DNA of 64,000 nucleotides, taken from assembly GCA_965153455.1 (NCBI GenBank), contig OZ234494.1, positions 3,658,001-3,722,000 of the forward strand. The letters run 5' to 3'. This DNA is from Sphagnum compactum (lineage: Eukaryota). The translations under genes and the position numbers were made by a program. Positions 13,385 to 26,669 of this stretch are shown piece by piece; position 1 is the first letter of the stretch, and every line of letters begins with the position of its first letter. The notes below the pieces were generated by a model, which made no database searches, was not told the DNA's origin, and was given only the letters and a program-made list of their open reading frames with translations.

Positions 13385-16300
13385 AAATAGAACAACATAT
13401 TCCAAACCCTTTGTGCTTGCTTAAGCCCTTATATGGCTTTGTTTAGTTTACAAATGAGGTATTTATGCTTAGCAACTTTGTAGCTTTTAGATTGTGTCAT
13501 GTAAATTTCTTCATCCAACTCTCCATTCAAGAAAGCACATTTGACATCCATTTGATGGATCTCGAGTGCTACTCCAAGTGACAAAAGTGCGTGGATGGAA
13601 ATTATTACATATTTTTGTTATGGATGTACAAGTTTCTTTGAATTCAATGTTGTAAGCTTGAAAAATTTCTTGAGTCACCAATTTGGCTTTATATTTGTCT
13701 ATCTTTCCATTTGCCTTCCATTTTATCCTAAAAACCCATTTTGTCCTAACAAGTTTTCTTCCGTTAAAAAGAGGTACAAGCTCCCAAATCTTATTTTTCA
13801 TTAATGAACAATTTTTTTCATCTATATAGTTTTTTTCCAATTTTTCACCATCTACTTCAGTTGGGGCTTTAATTAGGGTGATTAGTTTGCTAACAACAAC
13901 CATGCCAAAAAAAATGGTCCACAAATCTTGCTAGTGCTCTTTCGAGTCACTCTCATCTTGGCCTTGTAATTTGTATATGCAACTTTACAAACTCTTCTTC
14001 ATGTAGTGAGTTTTCAATGGGTAAAATTATTTCAAGCTCATGATCTTCCATGATTGCATCTCCTTTTGCACATTCCAAGATTGGATCAATTACTATAGAT
14101 TCAATGACATTATCATTTGTAAGTTCCCATTATCCTTTTTAAAATAGTTCAACTCCCACTACTAATGAAGGCTTATCATCTTCTAAGAAATGTTTAGCAA
14201 TCATTTGTCCTTTTTTTGGCTCCCTTTCTAAATCAAAAGAATGGATTTCTCATGATTGAAAATCATGTTCATATTAATGCTTTTGATTAATTTTTTAATT
14301 TTTAGAATAAATAATCCATAACCTTTTGATCAGGGGTTGTAGCCTACAAATATGCACTTTGGAGATTTTTATTCCAATTTTGCTTTTGTTTCAATTAGTG
14401 TTTTTCCTACTCCATGTTGTTTTAGAGTAATTTGATTCAAGGACTTGGGAGGATTTTGCACCTTGAGATATGTGATTGTGTTGACAACTTATGCCCAAAA
14501 TTTTGTGCTTAATGTAGGTTGTGGGTGTAACATGCAATGAGTAGCTTCAATAATTATCTAATTCACCCATTTAATAATGCCATTTTGTTGTGGTGTGTAT
14601 GGTGTAGATATTTGATGCACACTTTCATGAACTTTGAGAAAAATTTCAAACTCTCATGAACAAAATTTGCCACTATTGTCAGTCTCCTAATTAATACGTG
14701 TTTTAGCAAAGTCTTTCCACTTTCAAAATTTTGTGAAACACTCCAAGTTTGCTTTGCAAGAACTCACAAATGTCCTTCTTGAAAAAAAATGTGTGAAGGT
14801 GATAAAATACCTTGAACCATTAAATGATGTCACTTTAGTTGGTCCCCAAACATTTGAATGAACAAGTCTAATTATTTCAATAACACAAGAAACTTCATCC
14901 ACAAAAAATGGCTCCTTGTGTTGCCAAGAGTGCACACTTCATAAAATGTCATCTTAATTTTGCTCTTGTTTGGAAGTCCCTCTACAAGCTTTTGTTTGGA
15001 TAGTAACTTCACACTCCCATTTCTAAGATGACCTAGCCATTGGTGCCAAAGGTTTAGATTTTTGGCTTGGCATTACTTGCTACTTATGCAAATTTTGTAG
15101 TAATAGTCATAATCTCACATTTTAGCTTGTAAAGTTGGTTGTCTTGCCTTCCTTTTATTATAATGTTCTTTTTATTATTTATAATGACACAATGAATGCC
15201 TTTAAACTCAATTATGTGACCCATGGAAACATGTTTTTACTAAAAAGAGGTGCGTATAACACATTAAAGAATAAGGCAAGTGCTTTCTTTTCTCCAACTT
15301 TCAAAGACACCATGATCTTATTTCTACCAATAATTTCTTGTATTGAATTATCTCTAAGATATATTTTGGGTGAAAACAAACTATTGGGGGGCAGGGGGGG
15401 GGGGGGGGGGCGACTAGGGTAGTTTCATAACATGTGTGTAAGGTATACACCTCCAAAATGTGTTGCATTTAATTTTGGGATTTAATTTTAGTGTTCGGGC
15501 TTTATATTTTGATTTTCACAAATTTAATGTTATTGAATACTTTTTTTTAATTTAAAAAATCAAAGAGAATGGGTGTATTTATGGTATATGTAATATAATA
15601 AAATTCATTTCTCATTTTAGATTACACCATGTTTTTGTTTAAATAAGTTAACCCAAAAAGTTTGAAATGGAATTTAAGAAATATTATTCTTTTTTAACAC
15701 ACATGAATGTCAAGAAACTCAAATTAAAAATCCATTTGATTCAATTTTAGGTTTTGGTTTAATTAAGGACTTTTGAAAATGAAATTTTTTGAAATTAAAA
15801 AATGAGATTTTAACAAAGGACTTTTAAATGACTCATATAACAAAATTAAGTTGATATTAAAAAAATGAGATGATAATAACCTATTAAATTTATAAAAAAA
15901 AATTCACAATTTTAAAAATGTGGAATTTTAAAACTTTGAAAATTCAAAGTATGTACACTTGAAAATTCAAAATTTCAAAACTTCAAGAGTGTTTTATCAC
16001 ATATAAATAGGTCATAATGTACATGATGTATTGAAAAAAAGAGAGTTTATATTACATTAAATTCAACTTTAATATATTAACATTTTTTGGTATGATTTCA
16101 AATTATCATCTTTTTCAAGATGAAACATAAAATTTCTAAGGAATTTGTACATTTTTACAAATTCATATTTATTAAAAAATTATTAAGAAATTTTTTTGAC
16201 TTATTGGGGAAATTTTAATCATTTTTCATATTAACAAGTTGCAAAAAAAATCATTCAAAAAATCTTCATGTATGAAAAAGTTATTTTTTGGAAAAAAACA

Positions 16301-17392
16301 TGCATGACTAATGTAAAGTAACGCTTGTGGCTACTTTGACTGCATTTTGACCCAAAAATATTGTGAAAATCCTCATAATAATGACATCGTTGGATGTTAA
16401 ACATGATACCCATGAAAAATAATGCAATGTGATAATAATTTTGGCCCCCCCATAATGTGTTTTCACCTTCTTAACAGATAGGATTTCTTCAAAAATTTTG
16501 AACCATTCACATTTGTGCCAAAGGTGCACTTGTGTTTGGGAATCAACATACCATGCTTGATCATCTAAAGAAGCAAACAAGGCTAAAATGAATGCCTTTC
16601 CACAATTTGCATTGTTGCCATTTTTCGTTGGTTCACAAATGTCTTGTGTGTTTTATTTGCAATCTCTAGCCCAATGTCCTCACTCTTTACATTTGTTGCA
16701 AGTATCCTTACTTTGATCTTTGTCATGTCTAAGGCTTCATCTTTTGTCATCAATGCTACAACTTCTCCTCCGTACTAGACTTTTCCTTTCTCCTTCCTCA
16801 TAAGCTTTTCATTCAACAACCTTGTGCTCATTGCATCTAACATCTAACAACCTAGTTGAAAAGTTTCCAAGGTGGTGATCAAATTTTGGAAATTGTTTGG
16901 TGGACTTATGAGAAGGACCATCACTTTCACTTCACTCAATACTATTGCCTTTCGATAGCTTCTAGCTCATTTGCTATTACAACTAACTTATTGAGATGAA
17001 CTTCCATGGTGTCAATGGGCTTCATTTGGGACACGAAAAATTTATAGGTTAAGAAGATCTTGTTAGCCAATCCTTTGTGAACATGACAATTGGCAAATGC
17101 TTCCCAAATCCTTTTCGTAATTTTGTTTTTCCTCATGATCATTAGTTGGCTATCAAATAGACTTTTGAGCAAGTAACTTCAAAGCTTTGTTCTCCTTTTT
17201 CACGTAGGCTCGTAATGTAACTACATTTCCTTTAGGCTTCACCTTCATGCCATCAACGAATCCTCACAACTTCCTTGCTTTCAACAAGATTTCCATCTTA
17301 AACTTCTAGAACATGTATCATTTTCCTTCAAACTTTTCAATGATTCCATATTGTGGGCCTATGACTTGTGAGCTTTCTACTACATTCTCCAT
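13385..17392 (-). mobile_element. Degenerate Ty1/copia LTR retrotransposon (gag-PR-IN-RT relic; many stops and frameshifts; RNase H and LTRs not recognised)
   Basis: Minus-strand translation gives gag start MENVV..IEKFEGK*YMF*KFKMEILLKARKL*GFVDG (from 17392), zinc knuckle CNKCKE*GHWARDC (~16700-16660) and protease AWYVDS (~16555). GAG-pre-integrase LWHQWLGH is at ~15050. Integrase segments LVHSNVWGP..GSRYFITF, STPYTPQQNG and KCIFVGY span 14900-14340. RT segments IWELVPL..KWVFRIK..DKYKAKLV and HQMDVKCAFLNGELDEEIYM..GLKQA span 13800-13410. The IN-before-RT order defines copia. Confidence 0.9.
15368..16468. mobile_element. Non-autonomous TIR DNA transposon (~1.1 kb) inserted in the copia protease region
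   Basis: Left end gggtgaaaacaaactattggggggc and right end gcccccccataatgtgttttcacc are ~24-bp imperfect inverted repeats. The copia protein resumes across the insertion (..EEILSVK / KIYLRDNSIQEIIG). The AT-rich interior is similar to 41350-41740 (same strand) and 33300-33860 (opposite strand). Confidence 0.75.
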
Positions 17393-18826
17393 GGTGCAAC
17401 TTGATTGATTTACAACACAATGAAGATGAAAAAACTAGCTTGAAGAAAATATAATACCATAGAAGTGAAGACACAAAGAAATAACTATGAGTTGCAAGAT
17501 GTATTACTAGCAAAATAAGCCAAGCAACACGTTGCATGATGCATCAACTTATACAAAAAAGGAAAAAAACTAAACTAATGTTAAAAATACTACTAGATTT
17601 TGTTTAAAAAATTACTTGAAGTTTATCATCACCATCACTATGGTTCGATCATAACTTTAGTCATTGTGAAATCACCATGAAATCATTAGTGATCTACCAT
17701 AAGTTATAATCATTACAAATGTTCCCACAATTTGTTCAAAATAAATTGACTTGAAACTAATTAATCACTTTATCTCTAACATGAAATGCTTTTTGATAGT
17801 GTGCCTTGACACAAATGTCACCCACCCACAAAGATGAGCCATAGATAGTGGAAAAGGTGAAAAGATGTTGAAGGCATGCCAAGGTTAAGTTCATTCCTAG
17901 ATCCAGTAGCAAATCCTTTGGGTGGGAAATAAGGCTGAAAAGTTTTGCATCATTGACTAATTCCATGTCTTGAGACCATACATTCAATCACTTCTGTCAC
18001 ATGTTGGATCCATTGCATTCTTCAACAACCTGTTTTGGCCCCCCCCGACCACTGTAACTTTGCTATGGAGTTATTATTGTCCACTGCTCCAATACAAGCA
18101 AACGTACAGGGCAAAGGAGAAAGGAGGAAAACAATTCAGGATTTCAGCTCTAAGGTGAAAATCTTGAGCTATCAGGCAGAATTCCCACTAGTAAAGTATA
18201 TTTAACTCACATTCACAGACCAAAAGCACCCAGTTTCCAGAACACAGTTTCTGGAAGTGTAATCACAAGAGTGAGACAGTCTGGGAGACATGTGGACTGC
18301 ATGTCGCATCAAACCTTCACACAAAAGCTTGAATGACATTTAAAATAAGGTGGAGTGACTTAAATCAGGTTGCCCCTGCTTACTAATGTACATATAGCAA
18401 AATGCCATACAAAGACTACAAGTTCCAGTTTCCTATGCCAATGTGCACCCCCTCCTCCACCCCCCTTTCAACTTCTATTTGTGTTTGCTTCATGCTGGTG
18501 GCACTATTCCCAGCCATAAGCTGAACTGCAAAATGTCACCCTTGTTCACAGATACCTGCCCTTGCAAGCATGCCTCCAGTTAACATAAGGCATTCATCCT
18601 TGCCATGATTGCTTCTATCCAGAAACATCTCATTCTTTTCATCTCCACCAACACTTGCAGCTACTTATGAGTCAACATGCTTCACACTGACCTTTCTCTG
18701 GTATAATGCCTCCTCAGTCATGCACAAGGATAAGAATAGTGCTGGAGGCTTGGAGACTGTTGAGAGGACAAGGTCTAGTCTTCAAAAGTCTTCAAAAGTG
18801 CTACGTGTAGGCATATCTTTCTTCTA

Positions 18827-21800
18827 TTATCCCTGCCCCTTAAACAAAAACGATTCAGTTACAACAAAAAGCACTGAGTCCAACTCACAAAAGTTATCTT
18901 TCCAAGACAGCATCCTGCTCCATAGCAAGAATATAGGCAACAAGCAGCAAACAAAATTGAGCTAAAAAATTACCTTAACTGTGCGGGGAGGTGTGCCTGG
19001 TCTTGCTGCATTGTTGCCATAAGTGCCAAATTTTTGTTTCTTCTCAGCAGGCTTGAGAATTTGAAAGGAGCACATGAGAGTGTCATCAACACTCATCATT
19101 GCTCCAGCATTGTCAAATTCACCACAGTAGTTTGGAGCAGAGAATATAGTAACAAGCTGGCGCTTTGCGAAAAACTCATAACCATCCTCAACTACCTGCA
19201 CCAACAATGCATTTGTCAACTCAAGACAGGAAGATCAACCCTTGGTTTCCTATAACTTTTTTTACCAACCAACCACACCTTTGGATACACCTAGCTTATC
19301 TTTAAACTTAGAAACTGCAGTTGGGGCAGAGTTTGCCACCCTTTTCAGCAAGGTCTGCAAAAGAGCAAAGGCTCTTCTGCAGATAGGGCTCTTTCAGTAT
19401 TCCTGTTAGGGATCCTGAGACTAAGGCAACAACGCCATAATTATGCTCAAAAGCCAAAAGCAGTGATGTATCTGTCATTTCTTGTTCTTCATTAAGGCCT
19501 GCTTCCATTGAAACATAGGGGCAGTTCACACTTGAGTGTTTGTCCCATGGCCCATGGAACCACATGGTACCCCACTTTTTGGATGAGTTCATGGCAAAGC
19601 CCACAGGTCATGGCCCAAGGGACTTTGTTCCTAGTGTAAACCTGAATTGGAACAGAGAACACACCATAGAAAACCTCATGATTGTAGGGGTGGTGACTTT
19701 TGGGGGCTTCCCCCAAAAGTTCATTCCAACTTCACCAAACTAGAAAATTCATAACAACTAATAAAGTACTATAAATTGTTGACTCTGATTTTTTGGCTGC
19801 CATGGGCTGCTGCAAATTCCATCAGACCCACCTTAAAAATTCCCCTGCATTGTTGGACACCATCTATTTCAGCCATGTAGGATTCCATGTGGATCTTTCA
19901 TCCACTGCGATTTGCTTGGGCTGCGACCTATAACTACCCTAGTGTAAACATAAAGCAAGAGCCCAAGGCTGTGGACCAATGAACAATATTAGATTTCAAT
20001 GGGCCATTGCCCAACTGCTCAAGTGTAAATTGCCCCTTAGTGCAAAGTCTCATCCACAAGGTCTGTTTTGGAATCTAGGAAATTTTCATGAGCACTTCCC
20101 ACCCAGATTTAAGATCTTGTGATCCAGAAACATCTTGTTTTAGGTGGTTTGGCATTTTAACAGTCACACTGTCTCCATCAGAGACATCCCACAAATTGAG
20201 CCAATGAAAGCCACTGCTGGACAAGGACAAAAATAAGAACACAAGTCTAGTTTCAGCAACTGATGCTTTTGGCAACTCTTATTGACTGCCTACAAAGCAT
20301 TTGCTTGTGGCTACATGCAAAGAACTCTTTGTCAAGGAGTTCCTTCTTAGAGACTGGAAGGTATGCAGGGGTGTTTCCTCCTGCAACCTCTAATCCCTTT
20401 TCATAGTTAGTAAAACATCTCTGAAACACAGATCCTTCAGTTGCAGATTTCTCCTTGGATTTTTGGTTAGTACTTGCTCTGAGTGTAGAGCCCCTTGCTT
20501 CCACTTGTTTTGCAAGGTTACAGCAACTACATTTTTGCTCCTGAATGTCCCCAGATATGTTCTTAAATTGAAGATAGAAGAAGATGAATGGTGGGGAGAA
20601 GGAAGTGGGTGAGGGGTTTGGAGGGGTGGGGGGGGGGGGAGGATATGGGGGCATTCGAAAACACACCTGATGTGCTCTGCAGATGAGATCCAAGTCATGT
20701 TTCTGGAGGAAGTCTGAGACTGTGTCTGGACCAAATGTGAAGGAAACACCTCGGTCATTTTCTCCCCAACCTGCAACTTCTTTATCAGGGTCTGCCCATA
20801 GCAGATCACACAATAGTCCAACATCCGGTACATCAGTTGGCCGGGCAATTTTCTTAATCTGGTCCAAGTTCTTGAGATCAGGAGAAAGGCCCCCATGCAT
20901 ACACAGAATCTTCTCATCAATCAGAGCAGCCACAGGCAAACAGTTGAAGCAATCTGTAAAAGTCTTCCACAAGCGGATGTTGAACCGACGCTTACACTCA
21001 TCGTAGAATCCATATATCCGGTTGATTGAGGCACATTCATGGTTACCCCTCAATAAGAAGAAGTTTTCAGGGTACTTGATCTTATATGAGAGGAGAAGGC
21101 AAATGGTTTCTAGACTCTGTTTCCCACGATCCACATAGTCCCCTAAAAACAAATAATTTGCTTCTGGAGGAAAGCCACCATACTCAAATAGCCTCAACAG
21201 GTCTGAATACTGCCCATGGATGTCACCTGCAAATTTACACCCGCAAATTCTCTCAAGCTTGTTCGTAACATGGTAGATCAATTCAATTCAAAATGGCCAA
21301 TACACCTGATTCAATGCTCATATGCAACATGTCTGGTATTGCTTCTTAATGACAATGAGATAGAAACCCTGCAATCTCACATGTTTAGAAATTAGGGCAA
21401 AAATCTTTATTTTCTCACCATGCGTATATCCAGTTTACCCAAACTTTCTCTCCCTCAGCACAAGAATCAAAAGAAGCTGACAGGTCACAGACTACAAGAA
21501 AGCCAATGCTGTGCTTCAAACCATGCAACAACTACCACCTGTTTGCACAAACATATAAACTGTGTAATGTCCTAATGCAATCCTCCGTGAGCTGCTGGTA
21601 AATGAACAAAATTTGAGGCGGCCAGTAACTGCTGAATGAAATACAGCAGATATACCAAAAAAACTACGTCAACACAACATTCACGAGAGTGATCCGCGGT
21701 TAATATCCACCACGACCATGGATAAATGCTCCTGAGGCCTTTCTGACCATTTCCCGAAAGTTGCTCCAGGCGTATTGAGTGAAAAGACGAGACGTACAAG

Positions 21801-22065
21801 AGGGAGGGAAAAAAAGAAATGACAAAACCAGGGACAAAACCTTCCTCCTGAATGCTTGCCGAGCGCGAAGGGAAGGGGATAACCTACCACAGATCTTGAT
21901 CGGAGCTTCAAGCTCGAGGAGATTCGGCTGGGCAAGGAAGATGTCCTTAGATGCTAGACATAGCTGCCGAATCTCCGCCTCCGACAGCTGCACCTGCTTC
22001 CCGGGTCTGCCGCTCCGCACATCAAGCAGCCTAAGTATGATGTCGTCCAGAGTCGTACTATCCAT
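18827..22065 (-). CDS. PP1: Serine/threonine protein phosphatase 1 catalytic subunit (TOPP/PP1c), 4 exons, ~323 aa
   Basis: Exons 22065-21888 ([17 protein letters not shown]), 21226-20667 ([22 protein letters not shown], ..ICRAHQ), 19195-18974 ([34 protein letters not shown]) and a probable terminal micro-exon 18838-18827 (GQG*). Splice phases are consistent and all PPP signature motifs are intact. Confidence 0.96.
19518..20036. mobile_element. Tourist/PIF-Harbinger-like MITE in PP1 intron 2
   Basis: Left ggggcagttcacacttgag..catggcccatggaac and right gatttcaatgggccattg..ctcaagtgtaaattgcccc are ~45-bp imperfect TIRs starting GGGG. Flanks are ata / tta, compatible with a degenerate TWA target duplication. 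Confidence 0.6.
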
Positions 22066-23204
22066 CCCTGCTTTTCCTCCCCCTCCCCTCCCTCCCGGTT
22101 GGCGTCTCGTTCCCCGTCCCTTCCCTCCTCTCGATGCTCTCCGGGTTCCTTCCCTCAACTACAACGAATCCGTTTCGCCGATTCTTTTCACAAACCGGAA
22201 AAACCAGTACGAAGAAGAAGAACCAGAAGCAGCAGAAGAAGCAGAATAAAACATAGATGTTGCTTGGGGTAAGACGAACACAAAATAAAAATGGCACACA
22301 GAACTGGCCACAGTGGGCAGCTAGGGTTGACAAAACGCTCCTCGGTACAGGACTGCGGTAAACCGCGCAAGAGCAGAAAGATTCAAGAAAGGAGCAAAAC
22401 CGGATAGGCCAACCAAGAAGAAGAGGAAAGAGAGATCGCGACAGCAGGCCTTACAGGAATACAACGACGACGAAGAAGAAGAAGAAGAAGAAAAAGAAGA
22501 AGAAACAACGAGAGCGCGCCACCGAAAGCAACAAACAAACGAGCAAACAATCAAAGCCGCAGAAGGGACAGTAGGAGCAGCTCAAACAAACGGCCTCTGG
22601 CACCCAAAATCTACCAATTTGCTAGATTCCATCTCCTCGTCCACCTCCTCCTAAATCTACTAAACACTAGCTTATCACATTCTGTATCTAGCAATTGAGT
22701 GGATTGTACAAGATCTCCAGAAGGATCTAAATAAACCTAACCTAATTAATCAGTTACGTAGTTAATTATCATTTCCCAATCATGGTTAGGACTTGGAACT
22801 TGGGTTGGTTGGTTGGTTAGTTTGAGAAAGGGGGAAAAAAAAAAAACAGAGTAAAAAAGTACTGTGATAACTCTAGGTATCTTTAGGAACTCTTAGGCAG
22901 GAGTATGGTAAAAAATTAGCCGAGGTAAAAAATGGTGACAAATAGTTTTAGAAAAAAAAATGATTCAGCCAATGAGAAGGCTCAAAATGCCCCCCTTTTT
23001 TTTCCTTTTCTTTTGGGTTTGGTGGTGAGAGGGATTTTTTAGTTTTTTCTTCTATTCCCGATGTGTTCCTCAAAGATGTTACCAACCGCACCACCACGCT
23101 TTTATCCCGTATGCTTTGGCCAAAATTGAACTTTCATGGAAATCAAATCTAAAGATTGGCCAAAGTGAAGCACCTTTGTGCTTTTATTTTGGCGGAAGGA
23201 GGGG

Positions 23205-23236
23205 TAGGGTTTAGGGTTAACCCTAACCCTAAACCC
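23205..23236. repeat. Short head-to-head interstitial telomere-like repeat (palindromic)
   Basis: tagggtttagggtt|aaccctaaccctaaaccc: G-strand units switch directly to C-strand units around a palindromic centre ttagggttaaccctaa. Confidence 0.6.
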
Positions 23237-25314
23237 AAATTTTTTTTTGAAAAAACTTGATGATGGGTCAATGAAAGTGATTCCTTCCAAATAATAACAT
23301 AACCTTTTTTTTTCTTTTTTCTTTTTGGGGGTGCACACCCCCTAACTAATTAATAGAAGCAACAATAGGTAGGTTCCTAACAATTTGCCTACCAAAATTG
23401 CACCTAAATATGGAGGTAACTGCCATTGCACATCAGTAGTCCTGGATGGCCTTTGAGGATGTGTACTAAACTCCTTTGTTGTTGTAGTAGGAGGGGTAGT
23501 GGTAGTAGTGGTGGTGGTGTTGGTGGTAGAGCATCAAATAATGTAACTCCTTCCTTCTTTTCCCCCTTTCCTTTTTAGTTTTGGGTTTTGCCTTTTGTGA
23601 GGTTATGGGCCTCCAATGGAACAAGGTAACTTCACCAAGTTGACATTATAGAAAAATTCTCGAATCTAAATTATATTTCTACCAATGTGAAGAAGAATCA
23701 CCATGATTGTTGCATGTATAGACTTGAAGGTGTGCATAGTAGTAGTAGTATGGACCCCAAAGCAAGGCCGGATGAAAGAGGGATTCCCAAAAGTAAGGGC
23801 ATGCCATGACGCAATAGCCAAGCACATGGGCCCCTAAATTTCTTTCCCGTAGTTGGGAACACCCTTGTAGGGAAGCCATGCATTAACAGGTGCAATAAAT
23901 TAAATGTGTCATAGGGCTTGATGTTACTACAAGGCAAGTGCTTGGGTGTCAACTCGAAAGTATTTTCTGAATATGTTTTACAATAAACTATACCCAAGTT
24001 ATGATAAATGTGTTAATTAAGTTTGATATTAAATAATTATTTGCAAATTTAAAAAATGGTTGGAATACATTCTATCTAAAAAGGAATGTTAGAAAATGAA
24101 GAAAAAACTTCCAGGAATCACAAATAATAACCAAAGGAGGAATCTATTACAAAAGAAGGTAATAATTGAAAGATACCCATGATAATAAAAAGTAAAGAAC
24201 CAAGTGCGAGTTGGAAAAAAATGAGGAAGAGAAGAAGGAAAAGCAGTTCTTGCAAAGGTTGAAGAGCATCTTTACCCATGGCCTTGAACAAAAGTGTCAT
24301 GAAATGATTGTGATGACCAAAGTGTCAGCGTTTTCAATCCAATTCTCAAATTGAAAATTGCCATGTATTGCATTTGGTGAAAATCGGGTTGAAAATTGAC
24401 CCCCATGTTCTCCCAAGAGTAAGAACTGGTCTCAATGATTTTTTAAAAAAGATCGAGACTTGGGTTCACATATGGGTTAAACTTGGGTCCAATTTTTAAC
24501 CCAATAGGTAGTAGAGTTTTCCATAAAGTAAAGAATAACAATTATAAATTCATAAAAAGGATGAGATTTAAAAAACCTAGTGAAAAAATACAATGGATTT
24601 AAATGGAGCTCAATGGGAACTCAAATTCTAAATTTCATCATGTCTGTCATTGCCTTCAACTAATTAGTATTGTTCATTAGCAATGCTGGTTGTATTGCAG
24701 CTATAATTGTTTTCAAACCATGTGTATTAAATCCTAAGTTTCAACATTTTATATCCATATTTAAGAAAATTTCATTATTTTACAACAATGAGCTTAAAGT
24801 TTGAATGAGGGTCAAGGGATGAAAAAAGGGCCCCAAACAATGTCAAAGCAAGGTCATTTTATGGAAAACTCTAATAGCAAGGATTTTATTCTTTTAATTC
24901 CTTATTTTTATAAATTTTAAAAGAAAATAGAGAACCGGATTTGTGAGAACTAGTTTTGAAAATTGACTATTCTCAAATGAATGAGAATCAAATACCTTGA
25001 GAACCAAATTATAATATATTTAAAAATATGGAAAATTGGGTTGGTTCTCTCCAACACTAATGTAAACAAATAAATCAAGAATTGACTTGATTCTCACATA
25101 GAGGCATAAAAAACCGAAAATCAACAATTTTCGAAAAAAAGTGAGAACCACCCGACATTGGTGTAAACTTCTCATTCACATCCATGGAAATGTAAATGTA
25201 AAATTATGTAAATCCATGTAAATGTCAATGTAAAACCGTTTGTGCAAAGTTGTGCAAATCAATTTAAAAAAATAAAAATAAAAATTCATGCACAAAATGT
25301 CAAGATGGGGTTTT

Positions 25315-25570
25315 TAACAACCATGATCATGAACATGATGATGACAACCATGATCATGAATAAGGTGACCACAATCATGAACAAGGTGACCACAACAAGA
25401 GTTGTTCCCTATTATTATTGTAAACACAAACATGATGATGAAGATGACATGAATGACATGGTGGCTATTGTTGCCATTGACACAAACACAATGAAAATGA
25501 TTACAATGATAACAAGGACCTTGACCATGACAATGATAACAAAGACATGAACAAACAAAGATCATGTAAA
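25315..25570. repeat. Degenerate ATG/ACA-rich low-complexity repeat
   Basis: Recurrent catgatcatgaac / atgacaac / acaatgataacaa units. These create the spurious Met/Thr-rich and His/Cys-rich ORFs on both strands. Confidence 0.55.
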
Positions 25571-26669
25571 ATCTAACACATGAATGAATAGGGAGACCAA
25601 AGGCAAGGGGGTGGAGTTCAATTGAAGTTGCATTGAGCCAAGATGATCACAACATGAGTTGTGTTCCACACCTTAAGCTTGTCACATACCATGCAAATTT
25701 GAAAACATCTCAACCTATAATCATGAAAAACAAAGTAATCTTTGTGCAAACCTTCGATTCAGGTGAGGTCTAAAACAAAGTTATATCTCTTGTCGAGATC
25801 TTTCCAACGGTATGTGGCACAATGAGGTGTCAGCTCCCTTGCACTCTTGGAGCTCCAAATGGAAATGATGAGAGCAAAAATCATATAGAAAATTTGATGG
25901 ACTTCTTCTTCAAAACCTAGTCCATTTACACTTACCTCTTGCCAAAGACATTTACGTGGGCCATGTAAGTGTAAATGAAAATCTTTTTATATTTTCTTAT
26001 GTAAATGTAAAAGAAAGCACCTATTGACATACAAGGTAAAATGTAAATCCCAAACGTGTGGTTGTGATCTAAGGGTGAGAGATAGGCTAAGATGATGATG
26101 GGTATTGAGCATTCTGCACACATTCATTCTATTGCATACAATTGTTGATGGGAGGGGAGGCCGATTCCGCTCTGTTGTGGCCAGATTTGGAGCCCAAATT
26201 GACCTCTCCTTGCTGATTCTGCAGAGGTGCAATTCTGCAGAGTTCCCTAAGAGTTCCCCAAGACTTTCCACGAGTTCCCCAACAATTCCCAACCTTTAAC
26301 ATGACTCAACGGCTGCCCAGGGTGAATATCGGGTACTAGCATGTCCCTTGCCCGTTATTAGGCTGCGGGTGAACCGGCACCCACTCTGGTACCATCTCTC
26401 GTACAAAAAAAAAAAGAGAACGGCATGGTGTCTCGCAGTTTTGTAACTGACCGAACGGAGAATCTCGATGCTCTGATTGGCTATAAGGTCACGATTTTTT
26501 TCATACACATAATAACCTTCAACCAATGGCACCAACATGCCCCCGGGATGTTTCTTATTTTTTTTGAAGGGGTGAGCCAATTGGGTGGTGCAAACATGCC
26601 TCCAAGGGATGTCTATTATGTTTTTGAAGGGGTGGGTGCTTGATTTCCCATAAGTTCCCAAATAGTTGT

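Noticed and set aside
17353-17366. Sequence resembling the half-tRNA-Met PBS of copia-type elements
   Set aside because: It lies inside the inferred gag frame (ATG at 17392), is mismatched, and has no adjacent LTR end that I could identify.
20253-20666. 138-codon extension of the PP1 exon-2 ORF (Pro-rich tail in the 342-aa ORF)
   Set aside because: This is read-through into intron 2. A canonical donor at 20666 and a conserved exon 3 (VVEDGYEFF) explain the gene.
22066-22158. Gly/Arg-rich N-terminal extension of PP1 in the ORF track
   Set aside because: The ORF begins at a non-ATG codon in purine-rich 5'UTR. The first ATG is 22065 and gives a normal PP1 N-terminus.
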